Shown here piece after piece: positions 37,333 through 47,095 of a stretch of DNA of 64,000 nucleotides. The position numbers and the translations under genes are program-made. A model generated the notes under the pieces. That model was not told where the DNA came from and ran no database searches. It worked only from the letters and a program-made list of their open reading frames with translations. Origin of the DNA: an uncultured Candidatus Saccharibacteria bacterium (GTDB lineage Bacteria > Patescibacteriota > Minisyncoccia > Phycocordibacterales > UBA2100); the NCBI GenBank assembly GCA_964545165.1, contig CAZJEQ010000001.1:65971-129970 (forward strand). The letters are read 5' to 3'. Each line of letters starts with the position of its first letter. Positions within the stretch are counted from its first letter, which is position 1.

Positions 37333-38142
37333 ATGAAGTACTTCGACGCCCATACGCACACGAATTTCATCGCGTACAAAGACGATCGCGATGCGGTGAT
37401 GGTGCGTGCTCGCGATGCGGGCGTCGGGATGAATATTGTCGGCACACAGCTCGACACTTCACGCTCGGCCGTGGAGCTGGCACGGAAATATGACCACGCG
37501 TGGGCATCGATCGGCCTGCACCCGGTCCACACTGCACGGTCGTATCACGATACAAAAGAGCTCGGCGAAGGCGGGGAAGAATTTACCTCGCGCGGTGAGG
37601 TCTTCGATTTTGCCGCCTATGAAGCGCTCGGGCAGGATCCCAAAGTGATCGCCATCGGTGAGTGCGGCATGGATTACTACCGTGTCGAAGAGAAGACCAA
37701 AGAAGTGCAGTCTAAAGCGTTTATCGAGCAGATCGAGCTGGCGAATACATTGCATAAGCCGCTCATGCTCCATATCCGCAACGCCTACGACGATGCGATC
37801 GAGATCCTGAAGGCGCATGCCAAGGTGAAAGGCGACGTCCATTTCTTCGCGGGGGATTGGGGAGTTGCGAAACGCTTCCTCGATATGGGTTTCACCTTGT
37901 CTTTCACGGGTGTCGTCACTTTCACAGGTGATTACGACGAGGTGGTCAAGAATGCGCCGCTCGACATGCTACTCTCCGAGACCGACGCGCCCTACATCAC
38001 GCCGACCCCGCACCGCGGCAAACGCAATGAACCCGCCCATATCCCGCTGGTGGTGCAACGCATCGCCGAGATACGCGGCGAGGACGGCGAGGCGGTCGCC
38101 GCACAACTGCTCGCGAATGCACGACGAGTTTTCTCAATCTAA
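37333..38142 (+). CDS. TatD-family metal-dependent hydrolase/DNase
   Basis: YFDAHTHTN N-terminus, with GLHP and GECGMDYY motifs. TATAGT box 6 nt before the ATG. Confidence 0.9.
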   Translation: MKYFDAHTHTNFIAYKDDRDAVMVRARDAGVGMNIVGTQLDTSRSAVELARKYDHAWASIGLHPVHTARSYHDTKELGEGGEEFTSRGEVFDFAAYEALGQDPKVIAIGECGMDYYRVEEKTKEVQSKAFIEQIELANTLHKPLMLHIRNAYDDAIEILKAHAKVKGDVHFFAGDWGVAKRFLDMGFTLSFTGVVTFTGDYDEVVKNAPLDMLLSETDAPYITPTPHRGKRNEPAHIPLVVQRIAEIRGEDGEAVAAQLLANARRVFSI

Positions 38143-38203
38143 ATATTGCCACGCGCTATTTTGCGTGGTATAAATTCGCCCGGTTAACGAGGGAGAAACT
38201 GAG

Positions 38204-38860
38204 ATGGACGACACACTCGATCGGGTACAAGCGTCGACCGCTGTATCGGAGGCGTTCGCATTTGCTGCCGAGTTCTTCGGCTCGATGCCCGTCGTGAAGG
38301 CTCACACGCTTTTGGTCATGCCCGGGCAGGGCGAGAGGTCGCGCGTGGACGCCGCCGTTCGCGAATGGGAACGGCGGCAGCACAGCCGGCTCCTCATCGC
38401 CGGGATCAATCCGAAGGAGAAGACGTTCGAGGAGTACACGCACGCGACGCTTGCCGAGGCGCCGTATCGGCTGCGCTTTAATCCCGATCGTGTCACCGTG
38501 CAGCTCCGAGCCGGCAACACGCTCGACCAAGCCGAATGGGCAGTCGATCGAATCGTGGAGTACGGTCTGCGTGAGCAGGATGCCGTCGCCGTGATCGCAA
38601 CCTGGTACCATGCGCCGCGTGCGTACCTGACCGTCCTGAAGAGTCTGCGCAAGCGCAAGCTACGGATCGGGCTGTTGCCCATGTGGGTGTCCTGTCCGCC
38701 GGCGGACAACATCCCAGAGCCGGATCAGCATGGCGCCTTCCGGACGTACCGGCAGTCGGTCCCCGGTGAGTGGATGCGAATCCTCAAGTACAAGAACGAT
38801 GTCGCCTCGCTCGCAGAGCTGCGCGAGCACATCGACTGGATGCACTCCGTGTTGAGATGA
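38204..38860 (+). CDS. hypothetical protein, possibly DUF218/YdcF-like; elevated GC
   Basis: HTLLVMPGQGERSRVDAAVREWERRQHSRLLIAG resembles the DUF218 core. GAGGGAG SD. Confidence 0.3.
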   Translation: MDDTLDRVQASTAVSEAFAFAAEFFGSMPVVKAHTLLVMPGQGERSRVDAAVREWERRQHSRLLIAGINPKEKTFEEYTHATLAEAPYRLRFNPDRVTVQLRAGNTLDQAEWAVDRIVEYGLREQDAVAVIATWYHAPRAYLTVLKSLRKRKLRIGLLPMWVSCPPADNIPEPDQHGAFRTYRQSVPGEWMRILKYKNDVASLAELREHIDWMHSVLR

Positions 38861-38944
38861 CCCGAGGCCCCCGACGTTCGCGTTGGGGGCCTCCGCTACG
38901 CCTTCTTGCCTAGAGACGGGTCTTTTGATAGAGTGCGCGGACTT

Positions 38945-39457
38945 ATGGCTGACGCAGTCATCGAAAACATGGAAGCCGAGACTGATCTCGGGACCTCTCG
39001 CATTTACGAGATTGGCTACATCATCGTCCCGACCGTTGCTGAAGACGCTGTCGAGCAGGCTGTTGCTGCCATCCGCACCCCGATTACCGATGCTGGCGGT
39101 TCCTTCATTGCTGAGGGTGCGCCGAGCCTCATGCGCCTCGCCTACGAGATGACCGCCCGCGAAGGCGACAAGAACGTCGATTACGACCGTGGCTACTTTG
39201 GCTGGCTCAAATTTGAGGGCTCGACCGAAATTGCTGAGAGCGTCGAAGCATCACTTCGCACCAATGCGCAGGTCCTCCGACACATCGTCTTCCGCACCGT
39301 CCGCGAGGATACGCGCGCCAAGATGAAGGCTCCGCACCTCCGCGAGGTCAAGGCATCGCCAAGTGCCCGCACCGCACCGCGCCGCGAGGAGGAGACAGCC
39401 GCACCGGTCTCTGAAGCAGATCTCGACAAGGCACTCGACGTGCTCACCAACGAGTAA
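38945..39457 (+). CDS. rpsF: 30S ribosomal protein S6 with acidic/basic C-terminal extension (start 38945 or 38969)
   Basis: RIYEIGYIIVPTV...AIRTPITDAGG matches the bS6 N-terminal pattern. Confidence 0.75.
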   Translation: MADAVIENMEAETDLGTSRIYEIGYIIVPTVAEDAVEQAVAAIRTPITDAGGSFIAEGAPSLMRLAYEMTAREGDKNVDYDRGYFGWLKFEGSTEIAESVEASLRTNAQVLRHIVFRTVREDTRAKMKAPHLREVKASPSARTAPRREEETAAPVSEADLDKALDVLTNE

Positions 39458-39459
39458 GT

Positions 39460-39903
39460 ATGTACATCAACAAAGTGATTCTTTTCGGTAATCTCACGCG
39501 TGATCCGGAAATCCGTGCGCTCCCGAGCGGTATGAATGTCTGCAACTTCTCGATTGCGACGAACCGTGTCTACAAGGATCGCGATGGCAAGAAGCAGGAA
39601 CAGACCGATTTTCATAACGTCGTCGTCTTCGGTCGCCAGGCCGACACCGTCAATCAGTATCTGAAGAAGGGCAGCTCCGCATACATCGAAGGTCGTATGC
39701 AGACGCGCAGCTGGGACAAGGACGGGGTAAAACAGTACCGCACTGAAGTCGTCGCTGACTCTGTCCAGTTTGGCCCACGCTCTTCTGGTGGGGGAGGCGG
39801 TGGGGGTAGCCGCCAGCAGGATGAGCCGCAGCAAGATATGCCGCCGGCATCAGGCATCGATTATCCGAAAGACGACATTAACCCCGACGACATTCCTTTC
39901 TAA
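39460..39903 (+). CDS. ssb: single-stranded DNA-binding protein
   Basis: MYINKVILFGNLTRDPEIR OB-fold. Gly-rich linker. Acidic tail ending DDIPF. Confidence 0.9.
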   Translation: MYINKVILFGNLTRDPEIRALPSGMNVCNFSIATNRVYKDRDGKKQEQTDFHNVVVFGRQADTVNQYLKKGSSAYIEGRMQTRSWDKDGVKQYRTEVVADSVQFGPRSSGGGGGGGSRQQDEPQQDMPPASGIDYPKDDINPDDIPF

Positions 39904-39912
39904 GCACACGAT

Positions 39913-40110
39913 ATGGCAAACATTCTCACACAAAATGACATCCAGCACGTCGACTACAAGGACGTCGAATTGCTCAAGCAGTTCGTCAATCCCCACGGTC
40001 GCGTACTCGGTCGCAAGCGCTCTGGCCTCACCGCCAAGCAGCAGCGTGCAGTCGAGGCAGCAGTAAAGCGTGCGCGTTTTATGGGGCTTCTGCCTTTCAT
40101 CCAGAAGTAA
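39913..40110 (+). CDS. rpsR: 30S ribosomal protein S18
   Basis: VDYKDVELLKQFVNPHGRVLGRKRSGLTAKQQRAVEAAVKRARFMGLLPF. Confidence 0.9.
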   Translation: MANILTQNDIQHVDYKDVELLKQFVNPHGRVLGRKRSGLTAKQQRAVEAAVKRARFMGLLPFIQK

Positions 40111-40140
40111 AAAGAAAACCGGCGAAAGCCGGTCTTTTTA
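40111..40140 (+). terminator. rho-independent terminator after rpsR
   Basis: AAAACCGGCGAAAGCCGGTCTTTTTA. Confidence 0.65.
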
Positions 40141-40293
40141 TTTCTGGATGAAGAACGCGAAGCGTTTGTAAGGCAGAAGCGGCCGGAGCTGGGGCCCAAG
40201 CGCGACGGCGCTTGGGATAGCGAGGCGGGCCCGGCGTGCGACCCGCAGCAGCGGGTCGACATGTGGGGTGCTGCCTTTCATCCAGAAATAAAG

Positions 40294-40327
40294 AAAAAAG
40301 CCCGGTCCACTGACCGGGCTTTTTCTT
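40294..40327. terminator. bidirectional terminator downstream of efp
   Basis: AAAAAAGCCCGGTCCACTGACCGGGCTTTTTCTT. Confidence 0.6.
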
Positions 40328-40344
40328 ATGGAGTGTGTTTTCTC

Positions 40345-40911
40345 TTAGAGACGCTCAACGTAGCTACCACTCTCCGTATTCACGCGGACAGTATCACCGG
40401 CCTCGACGAACATTGGCACGGTGAGATTGGCGCCAGTCTCGAGCACGACGACTTTGTCGCCACCCTGCGCGGTGTTGCCGCGATTGTTCGGCGGCGCTTC
40501 CTTAACCTTGAGATCCATCTTGATCGGGAGGCGCACCTGGATCATCTCATCATCAAACCACAGCGTCTGCACCTCGGTATTCGCCGTGAGGAATTTCGCA
40601 GCATCGCCGAGCATATCCTCGCTCGCGGTGAAGCGCTGGGACTTGTCCTTGGCATCATGGAAGAAATACTCGCCATTGCGCTCGTAGATGAAGACAGACG
40701 TCTTCGTTTCTGTTTCGGCCTCTTCGATCTTGTCGGAGACGTGGAAGGTCATTTCGGTGGTCGATCCGGTCTTGAGATTACGGATCTTGGCCTGATTTAC
40801 CGGCTTACGCTGTTGTTTGCGGAATACCCAAGCAGAGACGACCTCGTAGGGCTCGCCATCGACGATAATAAGGCGCTTCGGGAGCACTTCGTTGTATGCA
40901 AGCATCGACAT
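40345..40911 (-). CDS. efp: elongation factor P
   Basis: LIIVDGEPYEVV...three OB/KOW-like domains. Ends GSYVERL as in EF-P. Confidence 0.9.
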   Translation of the reverse strand: MSMLAYNEVLPKRLIIVDGEPYEVVSAWVFRKQQRKPVNQAKIRNLKTGSTTEMTFHVSDKIEEAETETKTSVFIYERNGEYFFHDAKDKSQRFTASEDMLGDAAKFLTANTEVQTLWFDDEMIQVRLPIKMDLKVKEAPPNNRGNTAQGGDKVVVLETGANLTVPMFVEAGDTVRVNTESGSYVERL

Positions 40912-40948
40912 AGTGGGCGTATTTTAGCCAAATAAACGTTCCTGTCCA

Positions 40949-41326
40949 CTAGCCCAGGACTTTGATAAGTGCGTACTTTTCGTTGTGGAAGGTACCGAAT
41001 CCTTGTTTTTCGAAGAATTCCACGGCACCGGTAATCGAGAGGACCTCGTACACCTCCTTTTCTTTGGCCCATGCGACGCAGGTGTCGACGAGCGCACTCG
41101 CGATGCCTTTGCCCTGATGGTCGGCATGGACGGCGAGAGAGCGGATCTCGGCGAGGCGCTGCGAGTAGATCTCGAGCGCGCAGCAGCCGATGATCGCGCC
41201 GTCTTCCTCAGCGACGAAGAATTCGTGCGGCTCAGGCAGGTGATCCTGCACGAGCTGATCAGGGAAGGATCGTATGAGTGTGAGAATAGCGGGCCAGTCC
41301 GCGGGCTCAGCCTTACGGATTTCCAT
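40949..41326 (-). CDS. GNAT-family acetyltransferase (125 aa)
   Basis: HQGKGIASALV motif A. Start ATG 1 nt after the recA stop. Track ORF is an out-of-frame extension into recA. Confidence 0.55.
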   Translation of the reverse strand: MEIRKAEPADWPAILTLIRSFPDQLVQDHLPEPHEFFVAEEDGAIIGCCALEIYSQRLAEIRSLAVHADHQGKGIASALVDTCVAWAKEKEVYEVLSITGAVEFFEKQGFGTFHNEKYALIKVLG

Positions 41327-41327
41327 A

Positions 41328-42398
41328 TTACTCGTCAGCACCGTCAGCAGGGCCCTTGGTAGGGACGCCACCATCTTGGAGACCTTTGCGAATGTCCTTG
41401 AGAAGGGCGTTGAGTACCGGCTTGTTCTCGCGCAGGAAGGTACGCGCCGCATCGTAGCCACGACCCATCTTGGTCTCGCCGATGGTGTACGAGCCGCCCG
41501 ATGATTTCTCGACCAGGCCGAGCTTCTCGCCAAGCGCGATTGCTTCGCCTTCTTTCGAGATGCCTTCGCCGTAGAGCATATCGAATTCGGTCTGGCGGAA
41601 TGGTGCCGCGATTTTATTCTTCACGATCTTGACGCGATGCCTGCCGCCCATGACCTCGTCGCCCTTTTTGATCTGTGCGATGCGGCGGATATCGATACGT
41701 ACCGACGTGTAGAATTTCAGCGCCTTGCCGCCTGGCGTCGTCTCGGGGTTGCCAAACATCACGCCGATCTGCATACGAATCTGGTTGATGAAAATGACGA
41801 TGGTTTTGGTCTTCGAGACGATGGCCGTGAGCTTGCGCAGTGCCTGTGACATGAGGCGTGCCTGCTTGCCGACGTGCTGTGCACCCATGTCACCCTCGAT
41901 TTCGTCTTTGGGGGTGAGCGCTGCGACGGAGTCGATGACGATGACATCGATCTTGCCGGAGCGCACGAGGCTCTCGACAATTTCGAGTGCCTGCTCGCCG
42001 GTATCTGGCTGCGAGACGAGGAGCGTCGAGATGTCGACACCGAGCTTCTTCGCATACTCAGGATCGAGTGCATGCTCCGCGTCGATAAATGCGCAGATGC
42101 CGTTCTTCTTTTGCGCTTCTGCAATCACGTGGAGCGAGAGCGTTGTTTTGCCGGATGATTCTGGTCCGAAGACTTCGATGATGCGGCCACGGGGGAGTCC
42201 GCCGATGCCGAGCGCCCAATCGACGCCGATAGATCCGGTGGGGATCGCATTTACATCCACCTTGGGCGTGGCACCGAGCATCATGATGCTGTCGTCGCCG
42301 AATTTGGTTTTGATATCAGAAAGCGCGCGTTCGATGTCTTTGTCGGTCCCAGTGCCCGTCGTTTTCGGAGGGGCTTTTTCCTTTTTTGTTACAGCCAT
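41328..42398 (-). CDS. recA: recombinase RecA
   Basis: [13 protein letters not shown] Walker A and the full RecA core. TATACT box 6 nt before the ATG. Confidence 0.97.
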   Translation of the reverse strand: MAVTKKEKAPPKTTGTGTDKDIERALSDIKTKFGDDSIMMLGATPKVDVNAIPTGSIGVDWALGIGGLPRGRIIEVFGPESSGKTTLSLHVIAEAQKKNGICAFIDAEHALDPEYAKKLGVDISTLLVSQPDTGEQALEIVESLVRSGKIDVIVIDSVAALTPKDEIEGDMGAQHVGKQARLMSQALRKLTAIVSKTKTIVIFINQIRMQIGVMFGNPETTPGGKALKFYTSVRIDIRRIAQIKKGDEVMGGRHRVKIVKNKIAAPFRQTEFDMLYGEGISKEGEAIALGEKLGLVEKSSGGSYTIGETKMGRGYDAARTFLRENKPVLNALLKDIRKGLQDGGVPTKGPADGADE

Positions 42399-42513
42399 AG
42401 AGCCAGTATACAGGCCTCAAAATAGGCAGTTATCCCCACCGGTAGACGCCCTCTGAAGACTCTGTTACCGTCGAAAAAGGCCAAACCCCTTGGTCTGAAT
42501 TTCACGGAGGACG

Positions 42514-42867
42514 TTGGCAATGGAGACTTTTGGCATCATCGGCGCGATGTCCGAGGCAGGACAACAGGCGATCGCACAATTGCAGCGCAAGAACGCCCCG
42601 CTCCACCTCGCGCGACTCTTCGAGACACCGGAGCGTTTCGAGGAGAAGCAGCGTCTGCGCGTTCCACACCGGTTCATTCCGGTCGAGAAGTTCGACCCGA
42701 AGGTGTTGCCGACCCTGCAGGTCGCGATCTTCTGCACCACCGGCGAGTTCTACCGCGAACACCTGCACGCTGCGCGTGACGTCGGCTGTGAGGTCTACTA
42801 TGCGACTCAGAACGGCGTGAACCTTGAGACCATCAGCCGACTGCAGGCTCTTGCTCAAAGCGCGTGA
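42514..42867 (+). pseudogene. aspartate-semialdehyde-dehydrogenase-like N-terminal (NAD-binding) domain only; likely gene remnant
   Basis: FGIIGAMSEAGQ Rossmann start and LQVAIFCTTGEFYREHLHAARDVGCEVY parallel the ASADH N-domain. The catalytic Cys/C-terminal domain is absent. The ORF ends at a strong terminator. Confidence 0.3.
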
Positions 42868-42889
42868 ATACGCGCACCCATGTGAAGGG

Positions 42890-42919
42890 GAGAAGCCGCC
42901 CACTGAGGCGGCTTTTTCT
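42890..42919. terminator. bidirectional rho-independent terminator
   Basis: GAGAAGCCGCCCACTGAGGCGGCTTTTTCT. Confidence 0.65.
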
Positions 42920-43346
42920 ATTGCGCAGTCGTTGTGGCGGTCGAGGTGGCAGTCACGTTTGTTTCAACAGTTGTAGTCGCAGTGGGAGCGATCGGCTCGT
43001 CGGCAGGCGTGTAGACGACCTGCATCACGCTCTGACGTGAGCGGCCGTATTTGTCGGTGGCGTCGAGCAAGATGCGATTGAGGCCAGGCGAGAGGAGGTA
43101 GGGTTCGTCGAATTCGCCCTGTTCCGTGACGGGGATTTGCTTGCCGTTGAGCGAGAGGCTGGAGATGCGATCCGCCTTGCCTTTGATGCGAATAAACGGC
43201 TCGTGGACCTCTTGTGATTCTGTAGGAAGATTTATTTTCGGACCAAAGAGAAGTCCTCGGCTCTCGTAGTACGCGTAGATGATCACGACAACGAAAAAGA
43301 CAACGAGTGCGATTTGGGTGAGGCGGGAATCTCGATAGGGAAGCAT
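42918..43346 (-). CDS. hypothetical membrane-anchored protein with Thr-rich C-terminus
   Basis: ORF track 142 aa with one N-terminal TM helix. Confidence 0.4.
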   Translation of the reverse strand: MLPYRDSRLTQIALVVFFVVVIIYAYYESRGLLFGPKINLPTESQEVHEPFIRIKGKADRISSLSLNGKQIPVTEQGEFDEPYLLSPGLNRILLDATDKYGRSRQSVMQVVYTPADEPIAPTATTTVETNVTATSTATTTAQ

Positions 43347-43352
43347 ATCGAG

Positions 43353-45563
43353 CTAATATTGGGTTTCATCGCTCTCCTCAGGCGGTGCTTTGGCCAATTC
43401 ATCTGCATTGCCGGCACCAATGATGTCGCGGGGCTTGGCGCCATCTGCGGGGCCAATGACTCCGCGATCCTCCAAGAGATCCATGAGTCGTGCTGCGCGT
43501 GCGTAGCCGACGCCGAGTTTGCGTTGGAGGTAGGAGGTAGAGGCTTTACCGGCCTCAATGACCGTTTTCTTAGCCCCCGGGTAGAGATCATCATCGTCAT
43601 CTCCGCCTTCAGGATTTCCTTCCATAGATGAGAAGACCGCGTCGATGCCACTGCCGACCTTGGCGGCATCGTTGAAGTCGATTTCGCTCGGTGCCTCTGA
43701 GCCGTTGTGCTTGGCGATGAATTCCACGACTTTTTTGACCTCGTCTTCGGAGATATATGGCGCCTGGATACGACGCGGCTTCGACATTTCGCCCGAGAGG
43801 AAGAGCATGTCGCCCGCACCGAGGAGTTTCTCTGCACCACCGGTGTCCAAAATGGTGCGTGAGTCGATCTGCGAGGCGACCTGGAGTGCGAGGCGCGCGG
43901 GAATGTTGGCCTTGATGAGGCCGGTGATGACCTTGACCGACGGGCGCTGTGTGGAGAGGATGAGGTGGATACCGACCGCACGGCTCATTTGCGCAAGACG
44001 CACGATGCCCGCCTCCATTTCGCGGGGATAGGACTGCATGATATCCGCCAATTCGTCGATGATGAGGACGATATACGGCATTGCCTCGGGGAGTGGCTTG
44101 TCCGAATTCTTGCTTGCCTTGGCGAGTGCGGGCGCGAGGATGTTTTCGTGATACGAAGCGATGTCGCGCACCTTTTCTGCCTCGAGAATGTTGTAGCGGC
44201 GATCCATTTCCTTCGCTGCCCACTTCATGGCGAGGATGGCTTTCTTGGGATCGGTGATGACCGGCGTCAGGAGGTGCGGAATCGGGTTATAGAGCGTGAG
44301 CTCGACGCGTTTTGGGTCCACCATGATAAATCGTAGACGCTCTGGTCCGCAGCGGTAGAGGAGCGAGATGATGATGTCGTTAATCGTGACCGATTTACCG
44401 GCGCCGGTCGTACCTGCGACGAGCATGTGTGGCATCTTCGCAATATCCGCAAAGACCGGCGCGCCGTTGATGGCGCGGCCAAGGCCGGCGAGAAGTGGCT
44501 TGTCGGAGCTTGCAAACTGCTCGTCTGAGACGATCGGGCCCATGCCAAGTGTGGTGCGAGCAATGTTCGGCACTTCGATGCCCACCAGTGATTTGCCCGG
44601 AATCGGTGCCTCGATGCGTACCGGCGAAGCAGCGAGCGCGAGCTCGAGATTGCTCTGAAGTGCGACGATCTTCGCGAGACGCACGCCCTCAGCGGGCTTC
44701 ATGGCGTAGCGAGTGACCGTCGGACCAATCGACGCCTCATCCATTTCGACTTGAATGCCGAAATTCTGCAGCGTGCGCTTGATGATGTTCATGTTGGCCT
44801 TCACGTCGCCCACCTCTGGCTTGCCTTTGTTTTTGGCAAGCAGGTTTGCTGGCGGTGGCACATATGCGCTACCCGTCGCGAGAATGACAGGGAAGCCATC
44901 CTGCGGGGGCGCCTCGGTAAAGCTCTTCACCGGCGCGTCCTTTTTCAGTATCGGCTTTTCTTCCGGCTCCATATCATCGTCGTGCGTATCGAGCGGGAGC
45001 CCGACTACCGGCACGTCTTCGAGCGGCTTTTCGATCAGACCCTCCTCGTCGGTCTTCAGTGCAAACATCGCGCGGATCTTTGTGAAGAGTTCCGTGAGCT
45101 TGATATCAAAAGCGATAATGAGCGAGACGACGATAAAAGACAGAAGGAAGATAACGGTAATCGGGGTGTCGACGGCTGCGACGATCGGGTTCGCTATGGC
45201 AGAGCCGAGCACACCGCCGCGGCCAGCTGCAACGAGATTTACCAGTCCCAATCCAGATAGAAGAAAGATCGCCATCGAGACCCCTTGCACCCACCCGAAG
45301 CTCTTTTCGAGCGCGCGGAAAATAAGGACCGACACCATGATCATCGAGAGCGGGAGCAGCATGTAGCCCAGCCCCAAGATCCAGCTGAGTCCCTCGAATG
45401 TCGCCGAGCCAAGTGTGCCGCCGAGCCCGAAGGCAGCCAAGATCAGCGCCAGGGCAACAGCCGAGAGCAGTATCGCAAAGACGCCTCGAAGTGCTTCACC
45501 GCTCACCGTCTGCGCGAGCGACTCCGTCTCAGGCTTTCGTTTCCCATTTTTCTTTGCAGCCAT
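43353..45563 (-). CDS. ftsK: DNA translocase FtsK/SpoIIIE
   Basis: N-terminal TM segments. Motor domain with GTTGAGKS Walker A. C-terminal gamma wHTH (YLQRKLGVGYARAARLMDLLE). Trimmed to MAAKKNG. TATCAT box 7 nt before the ATG. Confidence 0.9.
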   Translation of the reverse strand: MAAKKNGKRKPETESLAQTVSGEALRGVFAILLSAVALALILAAFGLGGTLGSATFEGLSWILGLGYMLLPLSMIMVSVLIFRALEKSFGWVQGVSMAIFLLSGLGLVNLVAAGRGGVLGSAIANPIVAAVDTPITVIFLLSFIVVSLIIAFDIKLTELFTKIRAMFALKTDEEGLIEKPLEDVPVVGLPLDTHDDDMEPEEKPILKKDAPVKSFTEAPPQDGFPVILATGSAYVPPPANLLAKNKGKPEVGDVKANMNIIKRTLQNFGIQVEMDEASIGPTVTRYAMKPAEGVRLAKIVALQSNLELALAASPVRIEAPIPGKSLVGIEVPNIARTTLGMGPIVSDEQFASSDKPLLAGLGRAINGAPVFADIAKMPHMLVAGTTGAGKSVTINDIIISLLYRCGPERLRFIMVDPKRVELTLYNPIPHLLTPVITDPKKAILAMKWAAKEMDRRYNILEAEKVRDIASYHENILAPALAKASKNSDKPLPEAMPYIVLIIDELADIMQSYPREMEAGIVRLAQMSRAVGIHLILSTQRPSVKVITGLIKANIPARLALQVASQIDSRTILDTGGAEKLLGAGDMLFLSGEMSKPRRIQAPYISEDEVKKVVEFIAKHNGSEAPSEIDFNDAAKVGSGIDAVFSSMEGNPEGGDDDDDLYPGAKKTVIEAGKASTSYLQRKLGVGYARAARLMDLLEDRGVIGPADGAKPRDIIGAGNADELAKAPPEESDETQY

Positions 45564-45738
45564 CGTGATAATGATAGCACGCAAGAAAAGGCAAACGGGC
45601 GCTGAGATACGGGCTTTTTCACGGATTCTAAGACGCGTCAAAATATGCACGGTTGTTGTTGCGTCTGAGCCATGTCCTTATATAATAGACATGTAATCAA
45701 CTCGTCTGAGACGCTAAGGGACATTACATAAAATTACA

Positions 45739-46518
45739 ATGGACGAGATAAAGGACACACAAAAGACAGATTCTATATCCCGCTTTATTGACGGACATTC
45801 AGTCCGTACGAACCCTTTTGGTGACAACAAAGCAGGTGATCGCGCGTATCGTAGGGCAGAGCGCATCACCGCAGCCATCCACCTCCTCACCAATCACATT
45901 GATGGGGATGAGCCTGTCTGCAGCGCCATACGCACGGGTGCCGTTGATCTACTTCAGTACATGCTCGAGCTTCGCAGTGAGATGCGATCATCGCAGTCGA
46001 GCATCTTTACTCGTGTGCAAGCAAAGATTCGCCACCTGATTTCACTCATACGAATCCTCACGGTTTCCGGATACGTGTCTATCCAGAATGCGACGACCAT
46101 GGTCGAGGCGCTTGATGAGCTTGGCAATTTTCTTACGGCATCGCAGCGCTCCATACTCTCGGAGAGTGTCGCACTTTCGCGCGAAGACCTACTTGACGTA
46201 CGTACTTCTGGAAGCAAAGCACCGAGCCGTAGCGTAAAGGACATAAGGGACACAGTGAGTCTGAAAGACGATCATCGTGATCATGACGCTGACAAGTCGT
46301 CTGTTAAATCTGCAGATACTAATGGACTGGTATCGGTCAGAGCGCAAAGTATTGTCGAAACACTCCAGAGCGGGGGCGTTATGGGTATTAAGGACATCTG
46401 CGCCAATTTGCCCGAGTACAGCGAAAAGATGATTCAGCGTGAGCTTGCTGAGATGGTAGAGAGCGGAAAAGTGCGAAAATCGGGCCTCAAACGTTGGAGT
46501 CGCTACTCCGTTGCGTAG
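45739..46518 (+). CDS. hypothetical protein with C-terminal wHTH-like segment, AT-rich locus
   Basis: ORF track 259 aa. C-terminal IKDICANLPEYSEKMIQRELAEMVESGKVRKSG resembles a winged helix. Confidence 0.4.
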   Translation: MDEIKDTQKTDSISRFIDGHSVRTNPFGDNKAGDRAYRRAERITAAIHLLTNHIDGDEPVCSAIRTGAVDLLQYMLELRSEMRSSQSSIFTRVQAKIRHLISLIRILTVSGYVSIQNATTMVEALDELGNFLTASQRSILSESVALSREDLLDVRTSGSKAPSRSVKDIRDTVSLKDDHRDHDADKSSVKSADTNGLVSVRAQSIVETLQSGGVMGIKDICANLPEYSEKMIQRELAEMVESGKVRKSGLKRWSRYSVA

Positions 46519-47095
46519 CACGAGATATCGTGGCCTTATAAGGCTGCGAAATCACATGAAGGTCTCTTGAAATGAAGGGGCCAGTGGCCCGTCTATATTA
46601 TTGACTCCATTGCGGGGCTGGAGTAGGCTAAGGCCTCGCTTGGGTCATAAATGTGGCGGTAATACGCCCTTTTTTGCCCAAGTTATCCACAAAACGCCAG
46701 AGTGCCTAAAGCGCCTTGCGTATTGTGTCACGTATAATTGCGCTTGATGCAGTGAATGCATCTACAAAGCGCAACACGCTTCGTTGTTCATTGACATTTC
46801 AATATTGATTACGATTTCCGGGTGTAGCACACCCAATTCTTCATGAGAGTAAATGCTCATGAATGTTTTCTGCATGGCCGCTTTGTCCGGATACGATAGA
46901 AAGACTGATACGAAAGATTCCCTTCTCGCTGCTAATCCCAGACTCCGCGTCGACATTATTAAAGGAGTAGGGGCTAGCATAATTATTAGTTTTCTTTTTT
47001 CTCACGAAAGAAGAAAGCACAACGCTGACATTTTCACGTCGAATGAATTTGAAAGCGGTCTCGATTTAATCGAGATAACAAGTCAACATCAAACT

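Noticed and set aside
39781-39808. G-rich run in ssb as a phase-variable homopolymer
   Set aside because: It is a mixed GGT/GGG/GGA/GGC codon run encoding a Gly linker, not a mononucleotide tract.
40111-40290. Apparent stop-codon read-through extension of rpsR ending in a second LPFIQK
   Set aside because: Careful re-indexing shows the downstream LPFIQK copy is in a different frame. The open rpsR frame is simply the GC-rich antisense of efp (ORF 40261-40935), so it carries no information.
42399-42513. LexA/SOS box upstream of recA
   Set aside because: No CTGT-N8-ACAG, GAAC-N4-GTTC or TCGAAC-N4-GTTCGA motif found. Only a TATACT box 6 nt before the ATG.
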